In this document: positions 20,620 through 31,043 of the stretch, piece by piece | Layout of the letters: every line of letters begins with the position of its first letter | Numbering within the stretch: position 1 is the first letter of the stretch | Source of the DNA: an uncultured Acidobacteriota bacterium | GTDB taxonomy: Bacteria; Acidobacteriota; Thermoanaerobaculia; Gp7-AA8 | DNA length: 64,000 nucleotides | NCBI GenBank assembly: GCA_963741955.1 | Contig: CAVUKB010000007.1 | Location: forward strand, 32,001-96,000 | Reading direction: 5' to 3' | Made by a program: the position numbers and the translations under genes | The notes under the pieces: model-generated | The model's database searches: none | What the model saw: only the letters and a program-made list of their open reading frames with translations | What the model was told of the DNA's origin: nothing

Positions 20620-21623
20620 AGGAACGGATTCCGAGCCGGGTCAGCGAAGCGCGCCTCGACCAGCTCCGTCAGGAAGCAGAAATCCGGGGACGGGTGAAGG
20701 AGCCGGGGATCCGACCGCTCGGCGCTCCTTTCCCGCAGGCGACCCCGGAGCACGGCTACTACGGACTTCCTCTGCTCAAGAAGCCGACCTGGAAGTGGGA
20801 GATCCCGGCATACTTTTTCGTCGGCGGCGCGGCAGGAGCCGCTGCGGTCGTCGGTGCTGCGGCCCAGCTGAGTGGTGACGAACGGCTGGTGCGTGAGGCA
20901 CGCTGGGTTGCCGCGGCCGGAGCGACTCTTTCTGCTCCGCTGCTCGTCTCCGACCTCGGCCGGCCGGAACGTTTTCTCGCCATGCTCCGGGTGTTCAAGC
21001 TCCAGAGCCCGATGTCGGTCGGTGCGTGGACGCTGACCGCATTCGGTTCGACCAGTGCGGCAGCGGCGTTCGCGAAGTTGATCGAGGAGAAGAGCGAGGG
21101 GCGCACGCCGGTTCGCATTCTCGGCGACGCGGCTGCGGCGCTCTCCGCGGCGACCGGTCTCGGAATGGCGACCTACACCGGAGTCCTCGTCGGCGCGACG
21201 GCGATCCCGGTGTGGCAGGAGAACGTGCGGCTCCTCCCTCTCCACTTCGGCGCGTCGGCTCTCGCCTCGGCCGTCTCCCTCCTCGAGCTTCTCGGCAATC
21301 GCAACGGCGCGCTGAACGCACTCGGCTTCGGCGCCGCGGTGGTCGAGACCGGAGTCGGAGCGGTCTTCGAGAATGAAACCGGACGCGCGTTCAAGCCGCT
21401 CAAAGAGGGAGAGAGCGGAACGATCACCCGAATCGGCGGCGTCCTCTCCGGACCGGCGCCGCTTCTGCTCCGTCTCGCCAGTGCACTGGTCGGGAGCGGA
21501 TGGCGCCTCCGTCAGGCCGCAGCGGTCTCCAGTCTCGCCGGATCGCTGATCACACGCTACGCATGGCTCGAAGCGGGAAAAGAATCGGCGAAGGATCCGA
21601 CGATCCCGCTCGAGATCGAGTGA
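20616..21623 (+). CDS. NrfD/PsrC-family membrane anchor subunit
   Basis: YYGLPLLKKPTWKWEIPAYFF, DLGRPERF, SPMSVGAW, YTGVLV. ATGA coupling. Confidence 0.88.
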   Translation: MKERIPSRVSEARLDQLRQEAEIRGRVKEPGIRPLGAPFPQATPEHGYYGLPLLKKPTWKWEIPAYFFVGGAAGAAAVVGAAAQLSGDERLVREARWVAAAGATLSAPLLVSDLGRPERFLAMLRVFKLQSPMSVGAWTLTAFGSTSAAAAFAKLIEEKSEGRTPVRILGDAAAALSAATGLGMATYTGVLVGATAIPVWQENVRLLPLHFGASALASAVSLLELLGNRNGALNALGFGAAVVETGVGAVFENETGRAFKPLKEGESGTITRIGGVLSGPAPLLLRLASALVGSGWRLRQAAAVSSLAGSLITRYAWLEAGKESAKDPTIPLEIE

Positions 21624-21651
21624 ACCGCGTCGTTCGGACGAAAGACTCCAG

Positions 21652-22185
21652 CTACGGCCCGACCGTGAAGCGGTCGATCATCCACTGACCGCTCTCGGCT
21701 TTGCGGAACCTCACCCGCGAAGGCTGTGGTCCGGGAGCCGGGATCTGCTGCGATTGCCGTCCGAACGCCGTCGGTTCCCAGTCCCACGTGAATTCGACGT
21801 CGGCCATCCGCTCATCGGCATTGACGGTCTTCACGTCCTTGAGCTGCCGGTGAGCGGTCGGGATCTTCCAGAGCGTCAGTGAGCCGTACGGTTCGCTCTT
21901 CCACCCCTTCGACGCTTCTCTTCCCTTCGCAGTCAGCTGGCAGCTCCCGGCGCCGCCTCCCTCCGGGAACTGGCAGGCGATGAAGCCGTTCGCGGTCGCG
22001 GCCATCTGTGACGCGTAGTAGCTGTACTCCTCGGTCAGTCCGTCTCCGGTATAGATCTGACCGACTGCGGGCTCGCTGAATTCCTTCGACTGCTCGATCA
22101 GCTTCGTCGCTTCCTCTTTCGGAATCCCGGAAGAACAGGCGAGCACGAAGAAGGACGCGGCGGCAAGGATGGCGAGACGTTTCAT
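21652..22185 (-). CDS. Hypothetical lipoprotein
   Basis: MKRLAILAAASFFVLAC lipobox; purine-rich RBS. Confidence 0.8.
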   Translation of the reverse strand: MKRLAILAAASFFVLACSSGIPKEEATKLIEQSKEFSEPAVGQIYTGDGLTEEYSYYASQMAATANGFIACQFPEGGGAGSCQLTAKGREASKGWKSEPYGSLTLWKIPTAHRQLKDVKTVNADERMADVEFTWDWEPTAFGRQSQQIPAPGPQPSRVRFRKAESGQWMIDRFTVGP

Positions 22186-22336
22186 CGACTCTTCCTTTCG
22201 CCCGGACGATGAACGGTGAGAGCTCCGGGCCGGGTCGTTTGCACGCCGATGTTATCAAAGTGTCGCGATGGAGGGTCATCTCCTCCGAGGCGGATTTTCG
22301 CATTCGGAGCAGGTTCTGCTGATGAGGAGGGGCCAG

Positions 22337-22513
22337 CCCGCATTTCTCACACCGTCTCGTCGCGAGGAGGCGGAGAGTGGCTTGGATGCAAGGCGCGCGC
22401 AGTTTCGGCGACGAAGGCATAGTGGTGACTATGTTGAGGAGCCGAAGCTGTGCGCAACGTGGCAGACAGGCCGCTATCCGTCTCCGCAGCAGAGACGATG
22501 TGAGAAATGCGGG
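22337..22513. mobile_element. MITE-like element family B (177 bp)
   Basis: TIR CCCGCATTTCTCACACCGTCTC ... GAGACGATGTGAGAAATGCGGG. Flanks CCAG/CTAG. Second copy at 30863-31039. Confidence 0.9.
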
Positions 22514-22517
22514 CTAG

Positions 22518-22676
22518 GAGTCTGCGCGGTAGAAACTGTCCTACTGCGAAAGCGGATCAACGGTCCAAATCCGCCCGGATTTTCGGCGAGTAGCCACCGC
22601 TACGCACCTCAAATCCGAACGAATTTGGCCTCGTTGCTCCGCTTTCTCGCTACGGACGTTTCTATCGCGCAGACTC
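22518..22676. mobile_element. MITE-like element family A (159 bp)
   Basis: IS1182-type TIRs; CTAG on both sides (22514-17, 22677-80). Confidence 0.92.
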
Positions 22677-22691
22677 CTAGAAGTCCGATCG

Positions 22692-23432
22692 CTACTGCAG
22701 CTCGCGGAACCAGCGGTTCGCGCGGGGAAGGAAGTAGTGGCCGTAATCGAGCGAGAACGCCACCGCGGTGGCTCGGCCGACGATGCGCTTGCGGGGGATC
22801 GGCCCGAGATAACGGCTGTCGTAACTGTCGTCGCGATTGTCGCCCATCACGAAATACGAATTCGGGGGGACCTGGATCGGACCATACGTGCGAAGGGCTG
22901 GAGCATCGGGGAGAAGCATGATGTCGTGATGCACGCCGTCGAGGTTTTCCTGTGCGATCTCGACGCGTGAGCCGCGGCGCACTCCCTCCGCATCGACGGC
23001 GTCTCCTTCGAGCAACCGGTACGACATCGCTCTTCCGTTGATCACCACCCGTTCGTCGCGGATCTCGATCACGTCACCGGGAAGCCCGATCACCCGTTTC
23101 ACCAGGCGCGTGCCGTCCTTCGGTGAGAAAAAGACGACGATGTCGCCGCGTTTCGGATTGGTCCAGGTCGAGATGTGCGTGGTGGTGAAGGGAACCTTCA
23201 GGTCGTACGCGACCTTGTTCACCACGACACGGTCGCCTTCGACGATGGTCGGTTTCATCGAAGCGGTGGGGACGTCGTTCCAGTCCGCGAGGGCCGAGCG
23301 GAGCGACCCGAGGCAGATGGCGATGATCAGAAACGGAAGAATCCACTCTTTCCAGAGGTAGCGTGCACCTCGAGTCACACTGCTCTCCGGCTCTGCGGCG
23401 TCGCCGGCCGTCTCTCTGATCGCGTCGGACAT
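22692..23432 (-). CDS. lepB: Signal peptidase I
   Basis: PTASMKPT (Ser), VKRVIGLPGD (Lys), GDNRDDSYDSR. Confidence 0.93.
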   Translation of the reverse strand: MSDAIRETAGDAAEPESSVTRGARYLWKEWILPFLIIAICLGSLRSALADWNDVPTASMKPTIVEGDRVVVNKVAYDLKVPFTTTHISTWTNPKRGDIVVFFSPKDGTRLVKRVIGLPGDVIEIRDERVVINGRAMSYRLLEGDAVDAEGVRRGSRVEIAQENLDGVHHDIMLLPDAPALRTYGPIQVPPNSYFVMGDNRDDSYDSRYLGPIPRKRIVGRATAVAFSLDYGHYFLPRANRWFRELQ

Positions 23433-23562
23433 GCTTAGGATCCCTTTCGTGCCTGCCGGACAGAACATCGGGGTACGGTTCATTGCTTCCATCAGGGACC
23501 GCCGCGCACGGCGGCGGAGGTTTCGAGAGATGCGCCGAACCGGCTACAATGACTCACTCACC

Positions 23563-24804
23563 GTGACGACCACTGCCGAATCGATCCCTCCCTCCGTTTC
23601 CACGATTGCAGCGCCGGTCGAAGGGGTGCGCGAGCGCCTGACGTCGCTCGACGTCTTCCGCGGCATCACCATCGCGGGGATGCTCCTGGTGAACGATCCC
23701 GGCAGCTGGGGGGCGATCTATCCTCCGCTCGAGCATGCGCCGTGGCACGGCTGGACTCCGACGGACCTGATCTTCCCGTTCTTCCTCTTCATCGTCGGAA
23801 TCACGACCCATCTTTCGCTCACGGCGCGACGTGCTCGCGGAGCGGACGAGCGGGAACTGCTCCGGCAGATCCTCCGCCGCGGGACGATCATCCTTCTGAT
23901 CGGACTCTTCCTGAACGCATTCCCGTTCTTCGCCTGGTGGAAACTCGACGGCATTGCGAACCCGACCTTCATGCAGCGCGTGGTGTGGCGGTTCGCGCAC
24001 ATGCGCTTTCCCGGAGTGCTGCCGCGGATCGGGGTCGCGTACATGATCGGAGCGCTCCTCACGTTCCGTACGTCGGTCCGCCAGCAGCTGGCGATTCTCG
24101 GCGGAATCCTGGTCGGATACTGGGCGGTGATGACTCTGGTGCCCGTGCCGGGGACGGGAGTGATCGGGGCACAGCTTCTCGACCGGCCGGAACTCGTCCT
24201 CTCGGCGTGGCTCGACCGGATCGTCTTCGGCCCGCACCTCTGGGCGCAGACGAAGACGTGGGATCCGGAGGGACTCCTCTCGACCGTTCCCGCGGTCGGC
24301 ACGGTGATTCTCGGCGTGCTGGCGGGGAGGTGGATCGGAAGCGGGCGACCCCTCCAGGAACGGCTGAACGGACTCTTCGCCGTCGGCTCGCTGACCATGG
24401 TCGCGGGGCTGGCGTGGAACTGGGTGTTTCCCATCAACAAGAATCTCTGGACCAGCTCCTACGTCCTCTTCACCGCGGGCATGGGAGCGGTCACTCTCGC
24501 GACGTGCATCTGGATCATCGACGTGAAGAAGATGCGCGGATGGTCGAAGCCGTTCGTGGTGTTCGGCATCAACCCGATTCTCGCCTTCGCCGGATCGGCA
24601 TTCATGGCGCGGATGATCTATTCGCTGATCAAAGTGACCTACCAGGGGAGGACGGTGCCGATCGAGGCCGCGATCTACCATGGCGCATTCGCCAGCTGGT
24701 TGCCGCCACGCCCCGCATCGCTCGCTTTCGCGATCTGTTTCGTCCTTCTCTGGCTGGCGATCCTCTGGCCACTTCACGAACGAAACATCATCATCAAGAT
24801 CTGA
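23563..24804 (+). CDS. HGSNAT/DUF5009-like membrane acyltransferase
   Basis: RLTSLDVFRG, HAPWHGWTPTDLIFPFFLF, DPEGLLST, PINKNLWTSSY. Start uncertain (23530 or 23563). Confidence 0.85.
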   Translation: MTTTAESIPPSVSTIAAPVEGVRERLTSLDVFRGITIAGMLLVNDPGSWGAIYPPLEHAPWHGWTPTDLIFPFFLFIVGITTHLSLTARRARGADERELLRQILRRGTIILLIGLFLNAFPFFAWWKLDGIANPTFMQRVVWRFAHMRFPGVLPRIGVAYMIGALLTFRTSVRQQLAILGGILVGYWAVMTLVPVPGTGVIGAQLLDRPELVLSAWLDRIVFGPHLWAQTKTWDPEGLLSTVPAVGTVILGVLAGRWIGSGRPLQERLNGLFAVGSLTMVAGLAWNWVFPINKNLWTSSYVLFTAGMGAVTLATCIWIIDVKKMRGWSKPFVVFGINPILAFAGSAFMARMIYSLIKVTYQGRTVPIEAAIYHGAFASWLPPRPASLAFAICFVLLWLAILWPLHERNIIIKI

Positions 24805-24813
24805 CCCCTTTCG

Positions 24814-25458
24814 ATGCGCGCCCTTCGAATCGCCACGCTCCTGATCCTGATCGCGGCCTCTGCGGCCGTCGCGGGTGATCTGCGCATCATGATTTTCGAC
24901 CCGTCGCAGGGAATCGCGGGGTGGGAGTCGAAGAGCTTCGCAGGGAAGACCGAATACACGCTCGGCGCACGCGAGGGACGGATGTGCCTGCACGCGGCCA
25001 GCAGCGACAGCGCCTCTGCGCTGATCCACTCCGTGGACGTCGATCTCGAGAAGACTCCCTACCTTCACTGGTCGTGGAGGATCGCGGCAACGATGGGTAG
25101 CGTCGACGAGCGCACGCGCAAAGGCGATGATTACCCGGCGCGGATCTACATCGTCTTCGCACGAACGACGCTTTTCTCTCTTCCTTCGGGGATCAACTAC
25201 GTCTGGACATCGCAACTGCCGGCGGGAACGGTCTGGACGAACGCTTTCGTCTCACGCGTGCGGATGATCGCAATTCGCTCGGGGATGGAACAGGCGCGCT
25301 CGTGGATCGACGAGCGACGAAACGTCCTGGCGGACGCGCGCTCTCTCTTCGGGGAGGACGTTCCCCGCGTCGTCGCGGTCGGCCTGATGACCGACAGCGA
25401 CAATACCGGCGGTCGCTCGTCCGCCGATTACGGACAGATCTGGTTCGCGAACGACTGA
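24814..25458 (+). CDS. DUF3047-like secreted protein
   Basis: Signal peptide; WSWR, GDDYPARIY, INYVW, MTDSDNTG. Confidence 0.85.
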   Translation: MRALRIATLLILIAASAAVAGDLRIMIFDPSQGIAGWESKSFAGKTEYTLGAREGRMCLHAASSDSASALIHSVDVDLEKTPYLHWSWRIAATMGSVDERTRKGDDYPARIYIVFARTTLFSLPSGINYVWTSQLPAGTVWTNAFVSRVRMIAIRSGMEQARSWIDERRNVLADARSLFGEDVPRVVAVGLMTDSDNTGGRSSADYGQIWFAND

Positions 25459-25566
25459 GCGCGCACCTTCCCGTCACCGTGTTCCGGAACGCCTGTCGCT
25501 TTCTCTCGGAGAAGCGGTCGTGAACCCCTGAGCGCCGGCTGTCGTAGTGTTCCGCCGCCGCTACCC

Positions 25567-26577
25567 CTACTTCGATTCCGCGGTGAGGGCGTCCGTCCGG
25601 TATCCGAGTTTTCGGAGCAGCGGGTCGAACTGATCGAGGCGGGAGACGCTCTTCGACCACGGAGTCAACATGGTGTAGAACCTCGTCCCGGTCACCGCCG
25701 GATCGCCGAAGTCCTTGTCCATTCCGATCATCGGGTCGAGGATGAGCAGCCCGAGTGTGAGCCCTTCCACCGGACTCCACGCCCCGCGGACGTGCCCCTT
25801 TCGGAACCCGCTGGTGTAGAAGAACGACGCCTCTTCTCCTTCTCTCCCGATCACCGGAAGGTGGTGAAGATCATCCATCGGGCGGAGCTCGAGCTGCTGC
25901 GCGACGCCGTCAGGCACGGTCTCGGTCGAGGTCATGGTGTGGACGCGGTGGGTGCGCGAATCCATGGCGACGAGGAGGCGGCGATGCGGGATCAGCGGAT
26001 GCGGAACGATCGCGTCGAGCTGTTTTCCCCACACCTTCTTCGTCCCCTCGGGATATCCGTCGGGTAGGACGGCTTTCGGAAGGAGATCGGTGGGGAGAAG
26101 CGCTCGATAGCAGCCGCACGTGTACACCGTGGTGACGAAAAGGGGGTCGAGCGTTAGGGCATCGAGAGTGACGAGGGTAAGGAGACCCGCGTTGCGGTGA
26201 CGTTCGTAGAAGACGTGCGGGGTCAGCGGGAGTGCGGTGAAGTGGATGCGGTAGAGCAGATGGACGACGTCGCGGCCTCCGATCCGGTCTCGGAGAGTGG
26301 AGACGAACACGGTATGGCGGTCGGGGTCGACGCCGACGTGCTCGCGTCCGTTCACCGCGCGGACCTCGGGCGTCCCGATCCGGTTGAACTCCAACTGGCC
26401 GTCGTCGATCTCGAAGATCGGCGCATAGCACGGGAGAAGCTGTTGCGGTTCCCGGCTCGCAGCCTGCTCCGGAGAGCACTCGGGGGCGGAGTAGACCCAC
26501 GACTCTGCGCGTGCCGTCGGTGAAAAGACGAGCGCTGCCATGAACACGGCGAGTACCGCGATGCTCTTCTCCATCAT
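25567..26577 (-). CDS. Secreted hypothetical protein
   Basis: AGGAG RBS, signal peptide, YTCGCY motif, plausible protein composition. Confidence 0.75.
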   Translation of the reverse strand: MMEKSIAVLAVFMAALVFSPTARAESWVYSAPECSPEQAASREPQQLLPCYAPIFEIDDGQLEFNRIGTPEVRAVNGREHVGVDPDRHTVFVSTLRDRIGGRDVVHLLYRIHFTALPLTPHVFYERHRNAGLLTLVTLDALTLDPLFVTTVYTCGCYRALLPTDLLPKAVLPDGYPEGTKKVWGKQLDAIVPHPLIPHRRLLVAMDSRTHRVHTMTSTETVPDGVAQQLELRPMDDLHHLPVIGREGEEASFFYTSGFRKGHVRGAWSPVEGLTLGLLILDPMIGMDKDFGDPAVTGTRFYTMLTPWSKSVSRLDQFDPLLRKLGYRTDALTAESK

Positions 26578-26799
26578 GTCTCCTGTTGGATGTTCTGCAG
26601 CGAAGAACGTGACGGATGCGCGGTCTGTTCCGCACAACGCGCGATGGGAGCTCCCGCGGGAACGCCCGAGCGGCAGGCGGTCTATTCTTTTGTGAGGCTC
26701 TGCTAAAGAATAATATTCTGTATGGACAGATCTTCCGCGAATTTAGTTCTGTCAATCGATTCCTGCACCGAACACTCCGCCGTACGGAGAGGTGCCGGA

Positions 26800-28025
26800 T
26801 CACTCGTACCGCAGCGCTTCGATCGGATCGAGCCCGGCGGCTTTCCGCGCGGGGTACACACCGAAGACGATTCCGATGCCGGCGGCGCAGCCGAATGCGA
26901 GCGCGATGGAGCTGGATGTGACCGAGACGGGCCAGCCCGCCGCGTGCGACAGCATCCGCGACGCGCCGACTCCGAGAAGCACTCCGATCGCTCCTCCTGC
27001 GACGGAAAGGGCGATCGCCTCCAGTAGGAACTGGAGGAGCACGTGCCTTCCCTTCGCGCCCACGGCCATCCGGATGCCGATCTCCCGGGTCCGCTCGGTC
27101 ACCGAGACGAGCATGATGTTCATGATCCCGATTCCGCCGACGATGAGGGAGATCGCGGCGACCGACCCGAGGAGCAGCTTCAGCGTGCGCGAGGTATCTG
27201 CGGCGCGTGAGGCGATCTCCTCCTGGGAGCGCATCATGAAATCGGTGTCCTGACCCGGCTGGATGTGATGCCGCTGGCGCAGGACGGCGTCGATCTCGTG
27301 CTGCGCCTCCTCCACCCGGCTCTCCGAGACTGCGGAGACGTAGATGATCTGGAGTTTGGTGGTGCCGATCAGCCGCTTCATCGCCGTGGTGTACGGGATC
27401 ACGATGGTGTCGTCCTGATCCTGCCCCATGGTCGATCCACCCTTCCGTTCCAGCACGCCGTCCACCCGGAACGGGACGTTTCTGATCCGGATCACCTGTC
27501 CGACCGGATTCCCCTCCGGGAAGAGATTCTCCGACACGGTTTTTCCGATCACCGCGACCTTCGAACCTGCCTTGACTTCGCCGTCGGTGAAGAACTCCCC
27601 TTCGTCGACGTTCCAGGCCCGGATCATCGGCCAGTCGACGTCGACGCCGTTGATCGAGGTTCCCCAGTTCATCTCCCCGGCCACGACCTGGGCCGCGGTG
27701 CGGACGCCGGGGGAGACGTACGCCACGCTCGGGCACTCGGTCTTGATCGCCTGCGCGTCTTCGGGGGTGAGGTTCGACTGGCCGGTGAAGATGTGCGCGC
27801 CGGATTGGGTCGAGGCCCCGGGAAAGATCATGATGAAGTTGCTGCCGAGCGAGTTGATGGTCGCCTGAACCGACTGCGAAGCGCCGCTCGCGACGGCGAC
27901 CATCGCGATCACGCACGCCACACCGATCACGATCCCGAGCATGGTCAGTGCGGAGCGGAGCTTGTTGCGTGCGATCGCCTTCAGCCCGACCCGCGAGATG
28001 TTCCAGAAGCGGAGTACGGAAGCTC

Positions 28026-28029
<4 letters not shown>
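26800..28029 (-). CDS. MacB-like ABC transporter permease
   Basis: RSALTMLGIVIG, GGIGIMNIMLVSVTERTREIGIR, LDPIEALRYE. Confidence 0.93.
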
Positions 28030-28753
<724 letters not shown>

Positions 28754-28757
<4 letters not shown>

Positions 28758-30013
28758 AATCGTCCCATCCGCGGGCCGCGCCGCCCCTCTTCGGCCTTCG
28801 CCGTCACCTTTCCGACGACCACTTTGTCGCCCGGCTTCAGTTCTCCGTCCACCACGGCGGTGAACCGTCCGTCGCTGATGCCGGTTCGGATCTTCACCGG
28901 ACGGAGTGCGTCGTTCGGCCCGAGCACATACACCGTCTGCATGTGCCGGTCGTGCCGGCGCCCGCCGACGGCGGCACCCATCGCGCCGATTCCGCCTCCT
29001 TCACCGCTCGTCGCGACGGAGCGCTCGAACGACGTGGAAGGCCCGGTCTCGGGTCCGTTGCCGCTCTTCCTGCCGGTGGCGTCCGGGTCGGGGCGGAACC
29101 GAAGTGCCGCGTTCGGGACGCGGAGCACATTCGGGACGGACGCGACGTCGATGGTGACATTGGCGGTCATCTGCGGTCGAAGTCGTTTGTCGGGATTCGG
29201 GACCTGAATGATCACGGGGTACGTGACCACGTTCTGGTTGGTAGTCGCGTTGAGCCGGATCTGCGAGATCTTTCCCTGGAACGTCTCTTCCGGATAAGCG
29301 TCGACGGTGAATCGTGCGGTCTGGCCGACGCGGACGCGGCCTATGTCCGACTGATCGACGTCGGCCTGGACCTGCATCTTGGTGAGGTCCTGGGCGATGG
29401 TGAAGAGCGTCGGAGCCTGAAACGAAGCAGCCACCGTCTGGCCGACGTCGTACTGGCGCGCCGCGACCACCCCATCGATCGGGGAGAGGATCCTGGTGTA
29501 CTGCAGATTCGTCTCGGCCTGCCGCAGTGCCGCACGTGACATGTCGAGCTGCGCACGCGCCGCATCGTAGGCCGCCTTTGCCGTGTCGAGATCGGCCTGG
29601 GCGGTCAGTCCCTGATCGACGAGACGCTTCTGGCGCTGGTAAGTGATCTGCGAATTACGAACTTCCACCTCCGAGCGCTCGGCGTCAGCCCGTCGCTGTT
29701 CCACCTGTGCCTGGAACGGCGTCGGATCGAGCTCCGCGATCAGCTGTCCCTTCTTCACCGGGCTGTTGAAGTCCGCGTAGAGCCGGGAAATGACACCCGA
29801 GACCTGACTTCCGACCTGCACGGTGGTCACCGCCGAGAGCGTGCCGGTCGCGGTCACGGTCATGGTGACGGTGCCGCGATCCGCAGCGAAGGAGCGGTAG
29901 GCTTCTTCCGATTTGTTCTTTCGTCCGGCGAATGCTTTCCATCCGAGAACGAAGATGATGCCGAGCACGAGAATTGTGACGGCCCAGCGAAGGGGGGTTC
30001 TTCTCTTTTCCAT
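28754..30013 (-). CDS. MacA-like efflux periplasmic adaptor
   Basis: N-terminal TM, VQVGSQVSG, SPIDGVV, GQTVAASFQAPTLF. Confidence 0.92.
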
Positions 30014-30304
30014 GGGGCTCCCTGGACGATCCGGGCGACGACTCTGACACTCATTGCGGCCCGGCGATTCGACAATTCTGTAACGTTTCGTCGCACGGCC
30101 GTCTTCCTCTAACTGCCCCCCAGGTCGTGGCTGAAGTGTGACGATCTCCCCATCCTTTCCTGACAGGACCGTGCGATTGTAAAAACGGAGTAATTCCACC
30201 CATTTGGGGGATGACGCCGGGGGAGCCGCGGGCCGATCATGAAGATCCGGGATGAAACGGAAGCGGTGGGGAAGACACCCAGTCATGCAGGAGGCGGGAC
30301 TCAA

Positions 30305-30862
30305 ATGGGTCGCTACATCCAGAAGGTATCGATCGGATCGAGGGAGACGTGGGTCGGCTGGATCCTCGACGGCATCGAAGGGGAGATCGACGGATTGACT
30401 CCGGCCGACGAGATGTCGGAAGAGGAGCTTGCCCTGAAAGGGGTCCGCGAGTTCCATCAGGCTCCGCGGGCCATGCTCGGTCAGGTCGAGAAGCGTCGTC
30501 GTCGCCGGATCCGGCTCTCGGCGCCCCTGCAGGCGAACGTCAATTCACGGACGGCGGAAGTGTGGGATCTGAGCTCGAGCGGAGTCGGGATCCAGCACCA
30601 GTTCAAGCTCAAACCCGCCACGGAGATCACGGTGGAGATCCAGGGCCCGGAAGGCCGGAGGTCACTCCGGTTCGAGGTGCTTCGCTGCGAGCTCTCCCGG
30701 AGTCTGAAGGCGACCGGAGAGATCCTCTACTACTCGGCGCTCAGACTCGCGGATGGAGCGATGGACGCCGGCGAGTTTCTCCGGCGGTTGATGGACCGCA
30801 ATGCGGACAACGCGTTCGGCCTCCCGGACGGGGCGGCGCGTTCACGTCACGCATTCCTCTAG
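30305..30862 (+). CDS. PilZ domain protein
   Basis: RRRRRIR (RxxxR) and DLSSSG (DxSxxG); GGAGG RBS. The TAG stop lies in the CTAG flanking MITE-B. Confidence 0.75.
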   Translation: MGRYIQKVSIGSRETWVGWILDGIEGEIDGLTPADEMSEEELALKGVREFHQAPRAMLGQVEKRRRRRIRLSAPLQANVNSRTAEVWDLSSSGVGIQHQFKLKPATEITVEIQGPEGRRSLRFEVLRCELSRSLKATGEILYYSALRLADGAMDAGEFLRRLMDRNADNAFGLPDGAARSRHAFL

Positions 30863-31039
30863 CCCGCATTTCTCACACCGTCTCGTCGCGAGGAGGCGGA
30901 GAGTGACTTGGATGCAAGGCGCGCCCGGCTTCGGCGACGAAGGCATAGTGGTGACTATGTCGAGGAGCCGAAGCGGGGCGCAACGCAGCAGACACACCGC
31001 TATCCGTCTCCGCAGCAGAGATGGTGTGAGAAATGCGGG
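30863..31039. mobile_element. MITE-like element family B (177 bp)
   Basis: Same TIRs as 22337-22513; CTAG on both sides. Confidence 0.92.
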
Positions 31040-31043
31040 CTAG

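Noticed and set aside
22268-22921. ORFs spanning MITEs (also 6118-6561, 32566-32853, 30873-31289)
   Set aside because: Translations of the non-coding repeat elements.
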